A DNA stretch of 64,000 nt from Phallusia mammillata (taxonomy: Eukaryota), in assembly GCA_965637545.1 (NCBI GenBank), contig OZ281496.1:24800001-24864000 (forward strand). The letters are read 5' to 3'. Each line of letters begins with the position of its first letter. The first letter of the stretch is position 1. The notes beneath the pieces are model-generated. The model ran no database searches. It was given only the letters and a program-made list of their open reading frames with translations, and had not been told where the DNA came from. Shown piece after piece: positions 28,701-43,030 of the stretch. The position numbers were made by a program, and so were the translations under genes.

Positions 28701-31700
28701 AAAATTGAACACTTGTCTATTTGTTTTATCTGGACCTCCTAGGTAGCGATGTCTGAGACCGTGGGCTGTGGTATTTAATCTTAATTGGTGCAAATGCGGT
28801 CGAAATATGCTTTGCCAAGGTTGGTGTCTGACCCGGCTTTGCACTACACTTCACATTTTGCGCATTGACTGTAATTTTACCACCATTTAACATGTTGTGG
28901 CGAGTGGGACCGGAATTAAACTATTAGGTTGAAACCAGTTCAGGCGCGGCCATTTTTGTTGTTTGTCATCGCTTCTGGCATCGTAAATTTATATCCGGTT
29001 TTGCCTACACGTTCCTCTTCTAGATCAGAAATGGTTCTAATTTGCAAATTTATCCTGACGCACAGTCATACTTTCGTTGTGCAAATGCGGTGTCATCAAT
29101 AGTTCACCCAGTATATGGTGATGAAACGTGCTTGCTCCCAACAGGCCTCATAAAGTCCACTCCAATAAAGTTAATTGAGCAAAATGGCATGAGCCAACTA
29201 AGCTTGGGTTCAGATTCGTGTCCTGTGCACATGATATGATCCAATAAGTTCTGTCGGTAGCTTTGGCTTGATGGGAAGGATTTAATTAAATATGCATACA
29301 AGACAAAAATCGCTGACGCCTATGCGGTAATATTAATCTACCTCGAGATATGTAAACACGTTTTCGCCTGAGATGTGATGCGCACTTAACTTAACCACTG
29401 TGCAGATGTTTACGTTGGGCAAGCCGGCTCTCGCATTTCCATCACGATGCGTAACACGGTGCTTGGGTTGCGGAACTTATAAGCCGACGTCGTGAGTGTT
29501 AGCGCGTGTTTAATCAATATTTCGTTAGCTTTAATCGTCTTGTTTCGCGAAAACAGGGAAACCTGGCCATTATTGGCCGACAGTGTGCAATGGTAACAGC
29601 AACCGAACATGGGCACGGCCATTAAGAACAACAACTGCCGCCGAAATGTTTTAATTACGCCCTTTCGGATGTAACCGAAAGCATTGGTCCCAAAGGCAAA
29701 TTCGCCGAGTCACTGTCTATGAATTTGTAAGCAAACAGAGGTGAATAGCTTTGAGGGCGTTGTCAGGCGATTTTCTGAGAAAAGTCATTTCAACATCAGC
29801 GCGTTTTTCCTGTATTCCATCATCCAACCACGTTTGTATGTAAATTTAAGTGCTTTTAACTGTTCGTTTTAACCAAACGTGTTCGCAGTTACGTGAATTG
29901 ACTTTTCCTAGTTTTAACCTATCTGGTTCCTTACATGGAAATTTATTTTTCTTTTGAATATCTCAACGAATTTTTTGACACTTACGCAGAACCGTAGGAT
30001 TATCATGTTTGTTTCCAAAACTTTATATTGTGAATTGCAATGTGATTTTGCTGCATCTTGGCTATGCAAATATTTGGATGCTTTGTTTTAACAGTAAATA
30101 GCATTGGTTGTGGTTATCTCGTGTTAAATGCACCTCCTTTTACCAATCGAGATTTTAAATTTTAAAGTGGTCCGGTTCTTTAAACAAATAATTTTGTACC
30201 TTGTACGTCGTTGTCTGTCATCGCCACACGTCCTTGAACAATTAGATGCCAAAATCCACGACGACCATTGCGGGCATGGTTGAACGTTGCAAATTTCCCA
30301 CTTGACAGACTTTCCGTAGCACCTTGATGTTCGGCTTTGGTGTTGACAATAGCGTCTTAGCACACGTCCACCCATGCCACATGTTGCACTACAGGTTCCA
30401 TTTCCATCAAACCATTTCGTCCTGTGTAACGTTAGGTGGTGATTAGATGAAATTAAAGAGTATTTCTGTCAACATTGAATGTTTGAAGATATTATGTATG
30501 ACGGAAGTTTTTGCGTCTTATAGATTATTTAACCCTTTTTCTAAATCTGGTCGGCGTTAAAAATTAAGAACTACTTGTGTATGCTACAATATAACAGTGT
30601 CGTGAACATTTTATTACCAATGGTTTGAGCGTAAAGGGGATTGGTTGGTAAAAGTTTTAGCAATTCTGCCGGAGCGCGCTTGTTGCAATATTTTGCAAAT
30701 TTCTTAGATATCTCTCAAGCCGTCTTGTGTCTCCGCAATACAAACAATAGAATGTATTTGAACTTCACAGCCCACTGAAAACCAAGGCTTATTAGCATCC
30801 ACGCGTAGTAACAATTACTATTTACTCAAAGATCATCATTGCCCTCTGTTAAAGTCGGTACCTTGTTTACCCACCAATCCACGTGCCAGGTTAATTCGTT
30901 ATCAGTTAAACAACATTTACCGGTTACCAACGGTGCTGTTGTGCTACTTAGATGCCAAATAAACTTTTTCCGTCCACGTATCAAAAAAACACAAAAGTTA
31001 TCTTGTCATGCTAAAAGTTTTGGAGGAAAATCTGAACCAATGCCACATTGTTCCCACTTAAAAATGCGCAATATTCTGGAATACGAAAATGAAATGGCGA
31101 AATCTAAAAGCGCGGTGCTAATCTCGAAAACAACTTTCCAATAAAAATGGTGGGCCTCGATGAAATGAAAAGGATGTACGCATAAGATATGTTACCATTT
31201 CGCACAAGGTGGTGTTCTGCAACTGATGATAGGAACTCCAAACGGTCTTCTTCTGGGCATTCCAAAAAATCTTAAAGCTCTTTTTCGTCGTTCTGTGAAA
31301 AAAAAACAGAAAAAATGACAGATGGAACAGTTGACCCACGGTACTTGGCCAGTTTTTGTATTGATAACTTTTTTAATTTTAGGGGTGTAACATGCCACAT
31401 AACTAGCTCATATATCGTAATAGCAACGGCACTTGGCTATTTGTATTGATCAATATTTTTTAACTTTTAGGAGTATAACTATTTACGTAACGAGCTCATG
31501 CATCAGAATGTTTATGGTTGATGCATTTTTGCAAGGAATTGAAAATGTTCATTACGCCGATAGCGTTGACCCAGTTTACCTAATCTACATATACTCGTCT
31601 GTAGGTACCAAGTTGTTATTCGGCCGTTCACGGAATAATTGCAATGCATTTCGCATACTTTGTCCGATTTTTGGCGTTGGACCGCTTGATTTTACAAGGC

Positions 31701-34101
31701 CGCTTTAGCGAAACACGTGTATTTTGGGAGGATCGTGGAACTGCACCCACTGTGTAATTGTTGGTAAGCGAACATTGAGATCCGTTAACCATGTCATTTA
31801 ACCGGCCAACCCCGCACAAGTAGCTGTGAAAAAATATTCGTTTTCCGGAATTCGGCCAAAATCTTTTCCTGGAAACAGCGGTGCTATGGTTCACTTTTAT
31901 TTGTTGCGGTGTGTTTTGAAGGTAATTTTTGCCACACCTTCAAAAAGCTGGTCATATGACGCACGGACGATCGGTGTCGTTCATGAACACGGCAGTGTGA
32001 TGATCATTAGGCTGAACTTAGATTGGGAAATTGAATAATGCTTTTCAATGGCGCTATAAGAATACATACTGCTTCTATCTTTTCAGAGCGTTCATTTGCG
32101 GTCCCAAAATCAGCGGGTTGGTGGTGCTTGTCAAACTGCCATAATGACTTTTGCCAATTCTGAATTTGTAACGTTTTACGAAACTCGCTGTACAGGCAAA
32201 ATTGTATTTTTATTCGAGATATGCATAAATTTGCAAGTTATTGAATATTTGCATTGTCACTTAGTGATATGGTAATAAATATGGATGTCTTACTGATCAA
32301 ACGGGCGTTTTATTAGGCTTGAAACCAAGCAAAGTCTTGGAGACATTGTATATCAGTGATATTGAACATCGCTTGTATGCAACACAAATACTTATTCACG
32401 ACGCTTTTGTCGTGGACAGTCACCGGAAAAGAAAATTGATCTGTTTATCAACTTTCAACGCTATCGTACCGAACTGCACTTTGTATTTACTTGCGTAAAA
32501 CGTGCGTAGAACAAAAGATTTTGTTTTTGAACTTATACACAATTATATACATGTTGTTTTTTATTGCGAAGATATCGGTCTATTTTTGTTAAGTCCTCGA
32601 TGTTTGATAAAAATTTTCACTGCACCAATATTTCGTTTTTCTTTTTAAAATGTTTTTTTCTTCAAATTATTGTTGTGGCTTTGTGTTAAGAGACTTTCGA
32701 TTCGTAAAAAGCCTTTTTTGTCATGACTGACACAGATTAGGGGCACGGATAGGAGTTTATCTTGTCTTGATCAATTTAACATTGCGTTAACAAGCTTTAA
32801 AAATGCCTTAGAGCGAGAGCAAAATGATCACAAATGAACGCCGACAGTCTGATCTTGTTTGGCAATCCATTAGGGACGTGTTATTATTGGGATTAGAGTC
32901 GCGGAATTTTTCCCACGGCCAGCGGAAACAAGTTGGCAATTTTTGCTTGCTTCTTTTAGGTCGAGGTGTGGTGATTTATACTTGCGAGTGGCAAATGCTA
33001 TTGATTAGCATTTACTGGCGCCAAATCATTCACCATCGGCGCGAAGTAATTTGCTGTCGAAAGCGGTTGATGACCACCTTCCGACGATTTTGATCGGGAC
33101 TTAAAACGTAGATAAACACCTCGGTGGTTTAATTACCCGGTCCGGCGTGACCTTTATTGTACAGATTGACCAAGGGTCAGGTGGAAGGTATGCGTCGAGC
33201 AGAAACATTAACTCGTTTAAAGTTATTAACATTGATAAACCTTGGTGAAATACTTGACTTTACAACACCAGTAACACGGCTACACAGGTCATAGGTAAAA
33301 TTTCTGTTCGCGGCCTGTTTATAATATGGCTTGTGGTTTTTAATCGCTTGCTTACGAAACCCGTCAAACGCTGGTTTTTGACCTAAACCCACGTCATTAG
33401 ATAATCCGACTTGAAAAGTTTCAAGTGTTGGTCATTTCCAGGAATAATGACACGAGTATTAAAACGTGTCACCGCCGAAACCTGTCCAGTTACTCCTTGT
33501 TTCGCGGTAAATATATGTGGAAGTTTTGGGCGTTGCACATTAAAAAGCATGAAAGAATTCAATCGGGAGGTCCCGGCGGTAAAACGGCGATGCGCTGTAC
33601 ATTCCTGTTTGCGGTCAAAAATGTGTTGCCTATAACGTTTAGCTCGTTTCATTGATCCTCAAGATTTTAAAGACTTTTTCTCTATCATCTAGAATAAATT
33701 TAAACTTTTGAGTTTCAAAGAGGTTAGATGCTAAACACCATTAAAAACTTACCATATTATTTTTAATTTTCAATTATTTGTGTGTTCATTTTTTTAATTG
33801 TCAAACTGCCAAAACTACCCAAAGACAAAAATCTGTTTTCCGAAAAAAATCTTTCTCCGTAACATATAAAACTTGCTAAACATTATTACGAACCTTTCTT
33901 TTGACTTTCCATCCCGTATTCTTTAAGCCAAATCCGAAATTCACCGGAATGCAAATTTGTGGCGGTAGCGATGTTCTTCTCCCTCGAATATGTGGATTCC
34001 ATCAGATCAGCGCCAAAGGATTGAATATCTGTTTGATGCGGCGAAGGAGTTGCTGACGCACAGATAAATAAACACAAGGTAAACCCGACAAAAGGATTCA
34101 T
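19732..34101 (-). CDS. Secreted TSP1-repeat (10x) trypsin-family serine protease, paralogue B (~997 aa, 20 coding exons)
   Basis: Phase-consistent chain: 34101-33894, 31292-31196, 30421-30200, 28403-28205, 27241-27073, 26623-26539, 26159-26052, 24908-24765, 24646-24615, 24485-24318, 24065-23886, 23152-22944, 22690-22550, 22330-22219, 22025-21859, 21481-21345, 21152-20998, 20757-20629, 20351-20200, 19911-19732 (2994 nt). Signal-peptide-like [17 protein letters not shown]; RRKR furin-type site; activation site R|IAHG; triad SAAHC, NDIEL, DTCEGDSGGP. Confidence 0.88.
24181..24222. repeat. Short tandem duplication GAGAAAATATACATGGC x2
   Basis: Two adjacent near-identical copies in an intron of paralogue B. 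Confidence 0.6.
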
Positions 34102-37100
34102 ATTTTGTTGAATTGCTATCGGAATCCTAAAACGCAAAAATAGACAGGGTTAGACTTAATACAAAGGTGCAAACCTGTTGGACCAGCTTCAGTTTGTGTG
34201 ATTAAGTATATTATCCAATAAACAAATACATTCTAGATAAAGGTGTCAATAAAGAACGCAAACTTGCCACTCTGCATGCCAATACGCTTTAGTTAACATG
34301 ACTCTTAAGACTGATTACAGACTTCGTACAAAAACAAAAAATCTAGGATAAACAACAACAACTAACAGTTTTCTCACTAAAATTCTCTGTTGGACTTTTA
34401 CCGCATAAACATTACTTAATGTCAGACCATGTACAACACAGAGCATTGTGTGTATTCCTTTCCCGGCAGTTCCTATAACAGCTACTCGTCTTATCTCTCG
34501 AGTCGCATCTGCACAGTTTTCTGTTCGCGTCTGCCTCGCGCACGTTTTATTAGCGTCGCAATGTTTTTCTCGGGACAAAATTTTTCTGAATGACGCGATA
34601 TTGCGATTTAACACTTCTCTCTTCAAACCACGCGGTTGCCTCTTAAAACGAAAACTTTAATGAAACCAAAGTATGACATCGGTCATCAGGAATTTTTGGG
34701 CCAACAACAAATCACTTCAACATTGAATGTTGATTTTTTTGCATTTCGATATCCTGCACTATAATTTAAATTTATAGCGAAAATTACAGCGATGAAGAAT
34801 TTATACTACACAATGTTGTGTTTGCTGTCAGAAAGGCCTAAAATTTTGTTTAGTTTCTGTTATTTAAAATAACATTACTTTGTTAGATTGTTGACACCAA
34901 TAAATCAGCGGTGTTCGATTTATTTTAAATTCTATTGAAGAGATCACGAATTCTGTTAACTTAGGGCTTTAATCTAAATTATTTCGAAACAACGCAAATC
35001 ACATTTCGTGTTAAAATTGTTTAGTGTCTGGTCGTGATATTTTTGGCACGAAACCAGTTCTGCAAGGGACTATTTTTGTATTGAACACAACTCTTCCAAA
35101 TGTTTTGTACGACCTTTTTATTGGCATTTTCCTCTTATCGAGATAAACGTATATAAGGTCATTTGTTGCTGAAGATAATATACCTTGCTCTTATAAAACA
35201 TACCAAGTATTGCTTCGATTTATGTTTAGCGCGAACTGAAATATATATTTCACGAAGGCTGTTCAGTTGACAAAATTCACGTGTTAAACTTTGTGTCATG
35301 ATATTATACTAATATTTTATTATGTGTTTTTAGTTTTGGCTTTTATGAATAGCCATACATAGATTAAGTTTATACACGAATGGAATTGATTCTGTTTTTA
35401 GACAAACCGTGAAAGGATATAGCCCAAAATACTTTGGATGTTGCTAATGAATTAGGATATTACGTTGTTAGACGGACTAAAAAAGTCGTCTTTGAATGCA
35501 TATATACGGTGTAAAAATGTCATCCAATATATGCGCAATCTAATTTATCGATTACCGAAGACAAATTTGGACAATGCAGAAACCAAATAGTTGCTACCGA
35601 AAAAACGTTTCACGTTTCCTTCAATTTTGTCCGATTTTAACGTCATTTACGTCACTTGTTCAACGCAGCCTAATGAATATGGACGTATCATGTAGGGGTA
35701 GTGTTCCTTATCTCGCGAAATATGCATATTTTGCAATTAACTCATGTCAAAACTCGACAGGTTTTATCTGTTTTTAGCTTTAGTGATTTTAGCTGGTAAT
35801 TTGCATGCAGTGCCTATAAATTACGTCGCTGAGGGCATAGGCGTGCAAGAATTAGCATACGCAACAGCATGACTCCTTGTTTTCCAGCGTGGCCTTACTG
35901 CACACCATGTTTCTCCAGAAAGTTCTGAAAAACGTTAGTGTCAACAATATATTGAGCTATATTGAGAAGATTATCCTGGATGTGGTATTTGCATTCATGC
36001 AACAAGTATCCCAATATTTCCATGTTTGCAAAGCGATAGCAGAATTTCGTGATTCGTCAACTCAACCTCATTTTGTAATGGCGAACTTTTCGTGTACGAC
36101 AAGTAATCATCTCATATGTGAACGACGAGTTGTTACCAAAACAATAATATTTTTGTAAAAGCATTTATAAAACAGAGCTTTTTTTACCGTTACCCACACG
36201 TTGGTCTAAATAACAATATTAAGAATCGTTAGAGAATTTTGGCTTAGAGAATTTTTTTTAAATTTGGTTTGGTAGGAAGGGGACAACCCAAAAAAACGTT
36301 TAGAAAACACCGCTTTAGAGAAAACTTTTGATTACAAGTTTGTCCCTTTGCGTCACTATAGGTTTTCCTGAAGTATCAGATATGTTTAAACTAATTCTAA
36401 TATGCTTGGGAGATCGGCTTGATTCGGTATAACGTCTTCAATGAGCCTAGTGTAGCATGATGAAAATTTGAGATTTAGATACGCACCAAAAGATATTAAA
36501 AACAGGGATTTTACCGGATTTATATTTCTTTTTTATTTGTCATAAGAAATGCACCGGCCAATTAGATCGATGCAAAAGGCTTTAGCTTTTAACATCCAGT
36601 TGGGCCATTACATTTCCAAAATGTGTGATGGACAGATACATGTATATTATTTATCCGATGTATTTAACATTTAAAGCAAATAAAGCCCCACTATTATTTA
36701 AGTGAGAGGGTTTGGAGAAGGTTTACATTGCGGTCAAACAGTCTGGAATTTAGAACCGCAGTTGGCAACACAACAATCGTATGCCCGCACTTCGGCGAAA
36801 ACTTCCGATCTAATACCAACGAAATCTACACCTCACGTTTCCGAATGTTTCTTAAAACTTAGCATTAAGGCATTAATTAGCGTTCCTCTCTTGGCGGTCT
36901 ATCAAATCATGAAGTCATTAGAGTAGGTGGCGCAGCCAAGTGGCTTAAGATAACCGATCAAACCGCGGAGATTTAACACTGCAGCAACCGCTACTGCTTT
37001 CTCAATGCACCGCGAACGGTTGTGTCAGGCGCGAAACAGGTAAAGATGATTTTATTGCAGGTTTTCTAGGAAAATTAATAGGGTGGGTTCGGCGCGTGCC

Positions 37101-37805
37101 AGCTCCAGTATTCGCGTGCCTGCTTTGCGAGTCATCTAATTGTTCGCCGCAAAAGTGTTTTACTTAACTCGACGGAGGATGTTTGTTTTCGCAATGTTAA
37201 GCAGTGTTATAATCACGTTGTTAGCAAGTTTTCTGCATAGCGGTTTTGTGTTCTTTGTTAGTATTACAAGCCGGGCCCCACAAACCTAAAGTTCAATGCC
37301 TCCCCTTTTTTTCGCGAACGCAATTTTAAATCTACATTTTACAGGCCCTATATCTTCTGTGTTATTGCACAAGGCAACCTTTGCGAAAAACACATAATTG
37401 CAACTTCTGTGTTGTACAAAGTCGAAATGTGGTTATCCAAATTAAATTGTAATTTCTTCTGTGTGGTACAAAGAGTGTATGTACTCGTTCAAATTAAATC
37501 ACATGAGATCACCATGCATCTTATTTGTCCAACCCATAATGGAAAGACGTCTAGCCTCATGTAATGTCTAGTTTCAGCCCTTAAATCATGTTGCAGCGTC
37601 ATTAACATGCTTCGATTAAGTGCAGAAACTGTTTTGTTACGGGGAAGCCGGTGAAAACGTGACGACGCAAATTTGCCCAAAATCTGCAACTAGGCAAGGT
37701 TGTTTGTCTAACATTGCCTTATTGTTCATTACACATGAAAGCCCAACAATCAATTTTGTTCAATAAATACACGATGGCCACACTGGTGCTTCACGATGTT
37801 TTCAA

Positions 37806-37972
37806 CACTGTAAAATTTAGAGGTTGTAATAATCCACCTCAGGGAAATCCACCTCACTCTAGGGGTGGAATGCTATAGGGTGGTTTTTTCCACGCTATGT
37901 TTTAGGGTGGTCAGTTCCACTTTTTAGGGACCACCGTTTTTGGTGGTAATTACCACCTATAAATTTACAGTG
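37806..37972. mobile_element. MITE with CACTGTAAA termini (possibly CACTA/EnSpm-like)
   Basis: ~30-bp imperfect TIRs CACTGTAAAATTTAGAGG... / ...CCTATAAATTTACAGTG; internal CCACC/GGGTGG repeats; right end partly duplicated at 37981-37992; TSD ambiguous. Confidence 0.55.
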
Positions 37973-40900
37973 TTGTATTTAAATTTACAGTGAATCATGT
38001 CAACTAATGACGTTTACCCAATGTTAATTACACGTTGATTGCAAACTTAATCGCTGATGCTAGCTCGTGTGAACTGTGTATTGACCTTTGGTTACTATTT
38101 TTCACAGCCAATTTGCACGTTAAATATTCCATCGAGACTGTGAACAATGCCTTTGATCTAATCGCGAAATAAACTTCCGCTAACCACCTAAAATCATGAA
38201 CAAAAGAGGTTTTGCTTTCGTCAAATACTAATTGAAGAAACTTGAAAAGAAAAACAATATTGTTTTTTATATCACTTTCATTTCCAAATGCCTCGTATAT
38301 AAACCTAAAAATTAAACACCTTTAGATCAGAGCACCGTAGTTGGTTTGTTATTTAAACAAACAAAACATTTCCTCTTTTACCAAAATACCTTTTTACCTG
38401 TTCATTCTTAAATGCAACATTTCTTGCAACAAAATTCAACGAAGGCCAAGAGAAATACAGTTCGGAATGTGTGATTTTTCTTTTTGACGCGTGGTGAACT
38501 TAAAAAAGTTTAGCAAAATTCACGTTTAATGTTTTGTTCTTTGTTTTTCGCTGTGCTGTTTTCGGTCGTACCGAGCTGTGCATTGCTGCAACGTCGCAGG
38601 GCAAGTCTTATCGCATTTTTTCACTAAAATACCGAAATACCAATCACTGATATTTGAAGTGATTGCAGGTTTCGTTGATTTGCGGAACTTTTTGCCTCAG
38701 TAATTTTGTAAACTGACAAAACATGCATTTGGTTTCGACAACAAGTGCCTTGTACCGTTGAAATAATCTTCGCATTCCGGCAACAAACTCTCTGGAAAGG
38801 CATCTGCCAATTACAACGCTTTGTATTGCTCTTTGAAACCCATTTTCACACTATTAAGGTCAGCCTTATGCCATCTCGTGCCGGCCACGAAAGAACAAAA
38901 CAAAAAATCCCGAATTCGAACATTTGCCACCACTTAATTTAACACGAATGCGACATTGACCATTAAAGTTCCACGAACTTTAGCGGCACGCAACTTGTGT
39001 TTTCAAACCAGGATCTTTCAAACTTCGTTTTCGAACACGGTCCATGTTTGGTTGGTCGTTTTGTAGTTTATTTGCCATTGACGTTGCTTCTAAGAAGAGA
39101 TATCGACCAACGTAACGTAAACTCGTGATGTCGAAGTGTTTAAATCAGATTTGAAAATTTTCACACGTGCTCATCGTGTATTGCGGTAACGTAGGTGTCA
39201 CGTTTTTGAAACATGATGCAACATGATCTCATTAGGTTTTCCCAGCGCTTTCGATATATCAACTTAATTGTTCAGGGAGAACATAGTGCCAACAACAAAA
39301 GTTTTCAACAAATGTTTTACTGTACATGCGCATTGGCAATTATTCTGACTAAGTAATATTTAAAGATGAAATAGGTATTATTTATTTTATTTTTTTCGCC
39401 AACTACAGGAAACCTACATTTCCAGGTTTCACTCGATATTTTCTAAACGTTACATTCGCTCCTTTTGAAAAGTAGATTATTGTATTTAAGACTAGTTTCG
39501 CCATACCCGCAGATGCAAAAAAAATAGTGTACTTTCAACCATACTGTTCCTGTGTCTGCCACAGTTGCCTCGCAACAAACATTCAGCGACAGGATGATTG
39601 CCCAAACCGGAAAATCCTGATTATGCCTGGCTTTTTGTCGAGCTCATTTTGTCCCCCACAAATAAACTCAGTTTTATGCAAATAAACTAAACAGTTTGCA
39701 AGGTATCTGATACAACTGTATTCTTAAACTCTATCCCCTACGTACTCGTTACTTGGCCTGTACTCTCGAGCTGAATCTGACTTTGCCCTACATTTCTGAA
39801 TTCCCCTCGTGTTCACGCCCCCTGACACAAAGTCACGCTATTGCGAGCGTTCGAAAACATGCCTTTCACGACGTTAGGTCTACGCCTCTTCACGGAAAAG
39901 TTGAAATACGGACAAAGTAAGAACCATGGCTCAGTGGCGTGGCGCTTGACCGCGGAAATAGTGGACACGACTTGTCTTTGCATCAGACGACAAAAAACTT
40001 CGGTATCAACTCAACTGCTGTCTTTTGATGCCAAGCAACTCATAACCGGCATTTAGACATCTGTATGTCTAGGTACTCTTTTCGGTTTAACGTTTACAGT
40101 TATTCCGGACAGCAGATTAAATCCACCTCGCCATGTTTACAGCCAAGCCCCGAAGTAAACCATGGCCGTTCTCCACTGGTTTCACCGCGCGAGAAGATAA
40201 GATTAAAGAAAGGGATGTGTATTTTTTGATGGATTTTGATGATGGGTTTATGCAATCTCAGCAAAAATGCATGACACGAGCGATCCTGATAACCCAAACT
40301 TATTATGCTTGTACAAACATCAGTGAAAAACCAGCACTTCGTAAGTTGTAATATTCATTTAATGACAAAATCTCAAGCACATCAAACGTCGACCAGACGT
40401 GACAAACGGGGAACGTGACTTTAACATTACCCGACTGTCACGTTCCCGTTTTCACGGGTACGCAAAAGATTGGGACTGACTATCGGAAGGCGGTCTAGAA
40501 CATTTGTGACACCGACCGTGCTAAAGGTGCAAAACGACAAATTGCCATTAATCAATACCCGACGTCTGTACATGAAAGCTGCCGTCATTTTTTGATCTGG
40601 TGAATCACCAAAAAATATAAGCCGCAAAACTTGTTTAGTGTTTAGTTACATGATTTAAACCTATTTTTAAATTTAGTCTCATCACTTTGATCGTAAATTC
40701 TCTGACAAATAAATATATTATATAAACATATAAAAAATATTGTCCTTTATTTGCGGGAAATTACAAATAAGACTTTTTTTAATTGGTTTAAAGCACAGAC
40801 AGATTAGAATCTTTTATTGCTAGTTTTAATGGAATCAAAATAACACGTTTCAAGAAAATTTTCGGTGCATGCCAAGTCATTGCCTTGGCGTGACATTAAA

Positions 40901-42424
40901 AATTTCATATTATTATTCTGGCCATGAGTTCCTGGCCAAATTGTTCACATTTTCAAACGTTTCTTTGAAAAACTACTCTTTTAATTGTTAAAAAGTACCC
41001 AGAAATCACATTGCTCAAACGAGATTTCTGCAGATCACCCTAATTCGTCGATGCAGACAATGTAGGGTGCCACAGAAAATTAAGAATTTTACCCAAATAT
41101 GTTTCACATAATTGCGCCGTTAATTGTGCTTGATTCCTTTTGGTGGCAGAACTGTTGATTGATGTCAAGAGTGGTGACAGCAATCATCGTTTAATATGCT
41201 TTTCTGGCTCAAGTACAAACACTACGGGACTTTTTAATGATGTTATGTTTACCCCTTTGATTCAAAACGGTCCACATATAGACAGCGTGGTTTCATAGCT
41301 ACTCGACCCTTTTAGCTGCCATCAATAAGTGAGATCTGCGTGATTTAAAGTGGTTTGTTTCGTTGTAATTGCCACCTTCTTAGAGGTTGTAACCGACGAC
41401 ATTAAAAGTGCGTCACAGCTCTTTGCAATATCCGCCATAAGTCAACACTTAAAGCTGATAAACACGCGCTTATTAGTGTTAATACTGTGTTTTTGGAAAG
41501 GTCACGCGTGTAGGAAAAATCTTTAATTTAATGATAATTGGTCTAATGCACTTCTGCGATAATAGCGTTGACAATTAGTGTGTACTGTGATAGAACGGAG
41601 GCATCTGTTTGCGTTGACATTTAAAGCTTTATTTTGCAGTTTACGATATTGTTTGAAGTTAATTAGTTTTAGATGTGCGGGAAAAGCTCAAATACGTTTT
41701 TGTTTCCAGTTATATCAGTGATTGTTACTTTTTTTAAATACGAATTTTTTAAATAAGCAAGAAAACAGCTTCTTGCATTGAAACAAATCAAAATATGTCA
41801 AAACCGTGTTGTTATTTGATAATGTATTCAAGTGTGGGTTTCCTTTTATGTTTTAGAACTGTTCCTTGTTTGGGAGGAAGAGTTTGAATATCGTTAGGAA
41901 AACAGAACTCGCCTTTCTTTACCTACATATAAATGGTACACCTGTTGTGGCGTAGAAAACACGACATCTTTAAACAAAACCGAAAATAACAAAAAGCTTC
42001 ACAAACATTTGACACAGCTGCAATATTCAGGAAGAATGCAGAATATTTAGGAACACTATGCACGGACTTGAAAAGTAGTTTAATCATAAACATTACTGCC
42101 AAGGTAGTGGTGTATATAGAATACATCGTGTACACAGTAATGTTTATGATTAAAATGCAGAATATCATCATGGATAAATACCAGTTTCTAAATTTAAAGG
42201 ATTTAAAATCTTCCTGGTGTATATGAAATCCATTTAACTATCTTGGAAAATTTCGCATGTTTATTATACGTGTTTTGCAAGCTTAAAAACAACTGTATTC
42301 TTGTCACGAGAAGTAGGTCAATCGGATGTTTACCGGACGTCATAAGAGTCATTTTCTATGACTTGGCATAATTGACATGTCAAAGACGTCTGAATGGGAA
42401 AGTCCAATTTGCGAATAGCGTGTG

Positions 42425-42645
42425 AACAAAGAACTTGTTGATGATGACTGCACGACCACATTGCACGAACTGGATGCTCATTGTGGGTGGGTCCCGTTGA
42501 TGTAATCGACCATTCAATGCACATTTCCACGGTTAAGGCGACTGTTGACGAATTTGGCAAGTGTTTTCCATGTTCTGTTGCTTGTTTCCTTTTTACGTTG
42601 GCACTGCGTGAAACTGATATTTTTTATACGGACGAGTCGTAAATA
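42425..42645 (+). pseudogene. Degenerate Tc1/IS630-like transposase fragment
   Basis: Broken frames give ELVDDDCTTTLHEL, HISTVKATVDEF and IFYTDES. These resemble the HTH and first-Asp region of DD(E/D) transposases. Stops and frameshifts throughout. Confidence 0.35.
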
Positions 42646-43030
42646 TGCGAACATAATCCTTATTCGCGTAGGAAATGTAATCTAGTAAGAACGTAGGAAA
42701 TGTTTAACTTTGAAAATGCGACTGACTGTAATTAAGTAATATTATTAAACTTTTATGGGAAATATTATGGGTAAAATGGGCGTAAATCATTGAATGCAAT
42801 ATGAACGTAATTTATAAACGTTTATTCTTACTTTACGTACAATAAACAAAAACTACACAACCAATTTTATATGTTGCAAAAAAACAGGCAGCGTTTGAAG
42901 AATCTCTAACTTAACCATGTTACCTCATCCAAAAGCACAGAAATACACAATAAACATATGCGAAAAGAAACGAAACGTAACGAACCAAGACAAGTAAAGC
43001 CAATATAAATACACATTTGGGCACTTCATT

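Noticed and set aside
31430-33660. GC-richer, ORF-bearing patches in intron 1 of protease B
   Set aside because: No recognisable domain motif in any frame I translated; probably decayed TE but unassignable.
38510-38900. ~130-codon minus-strand frame with only two stops
   Set aside because: No recognisable motif or splice signals; cannot be supported as a pseudogene without a search.
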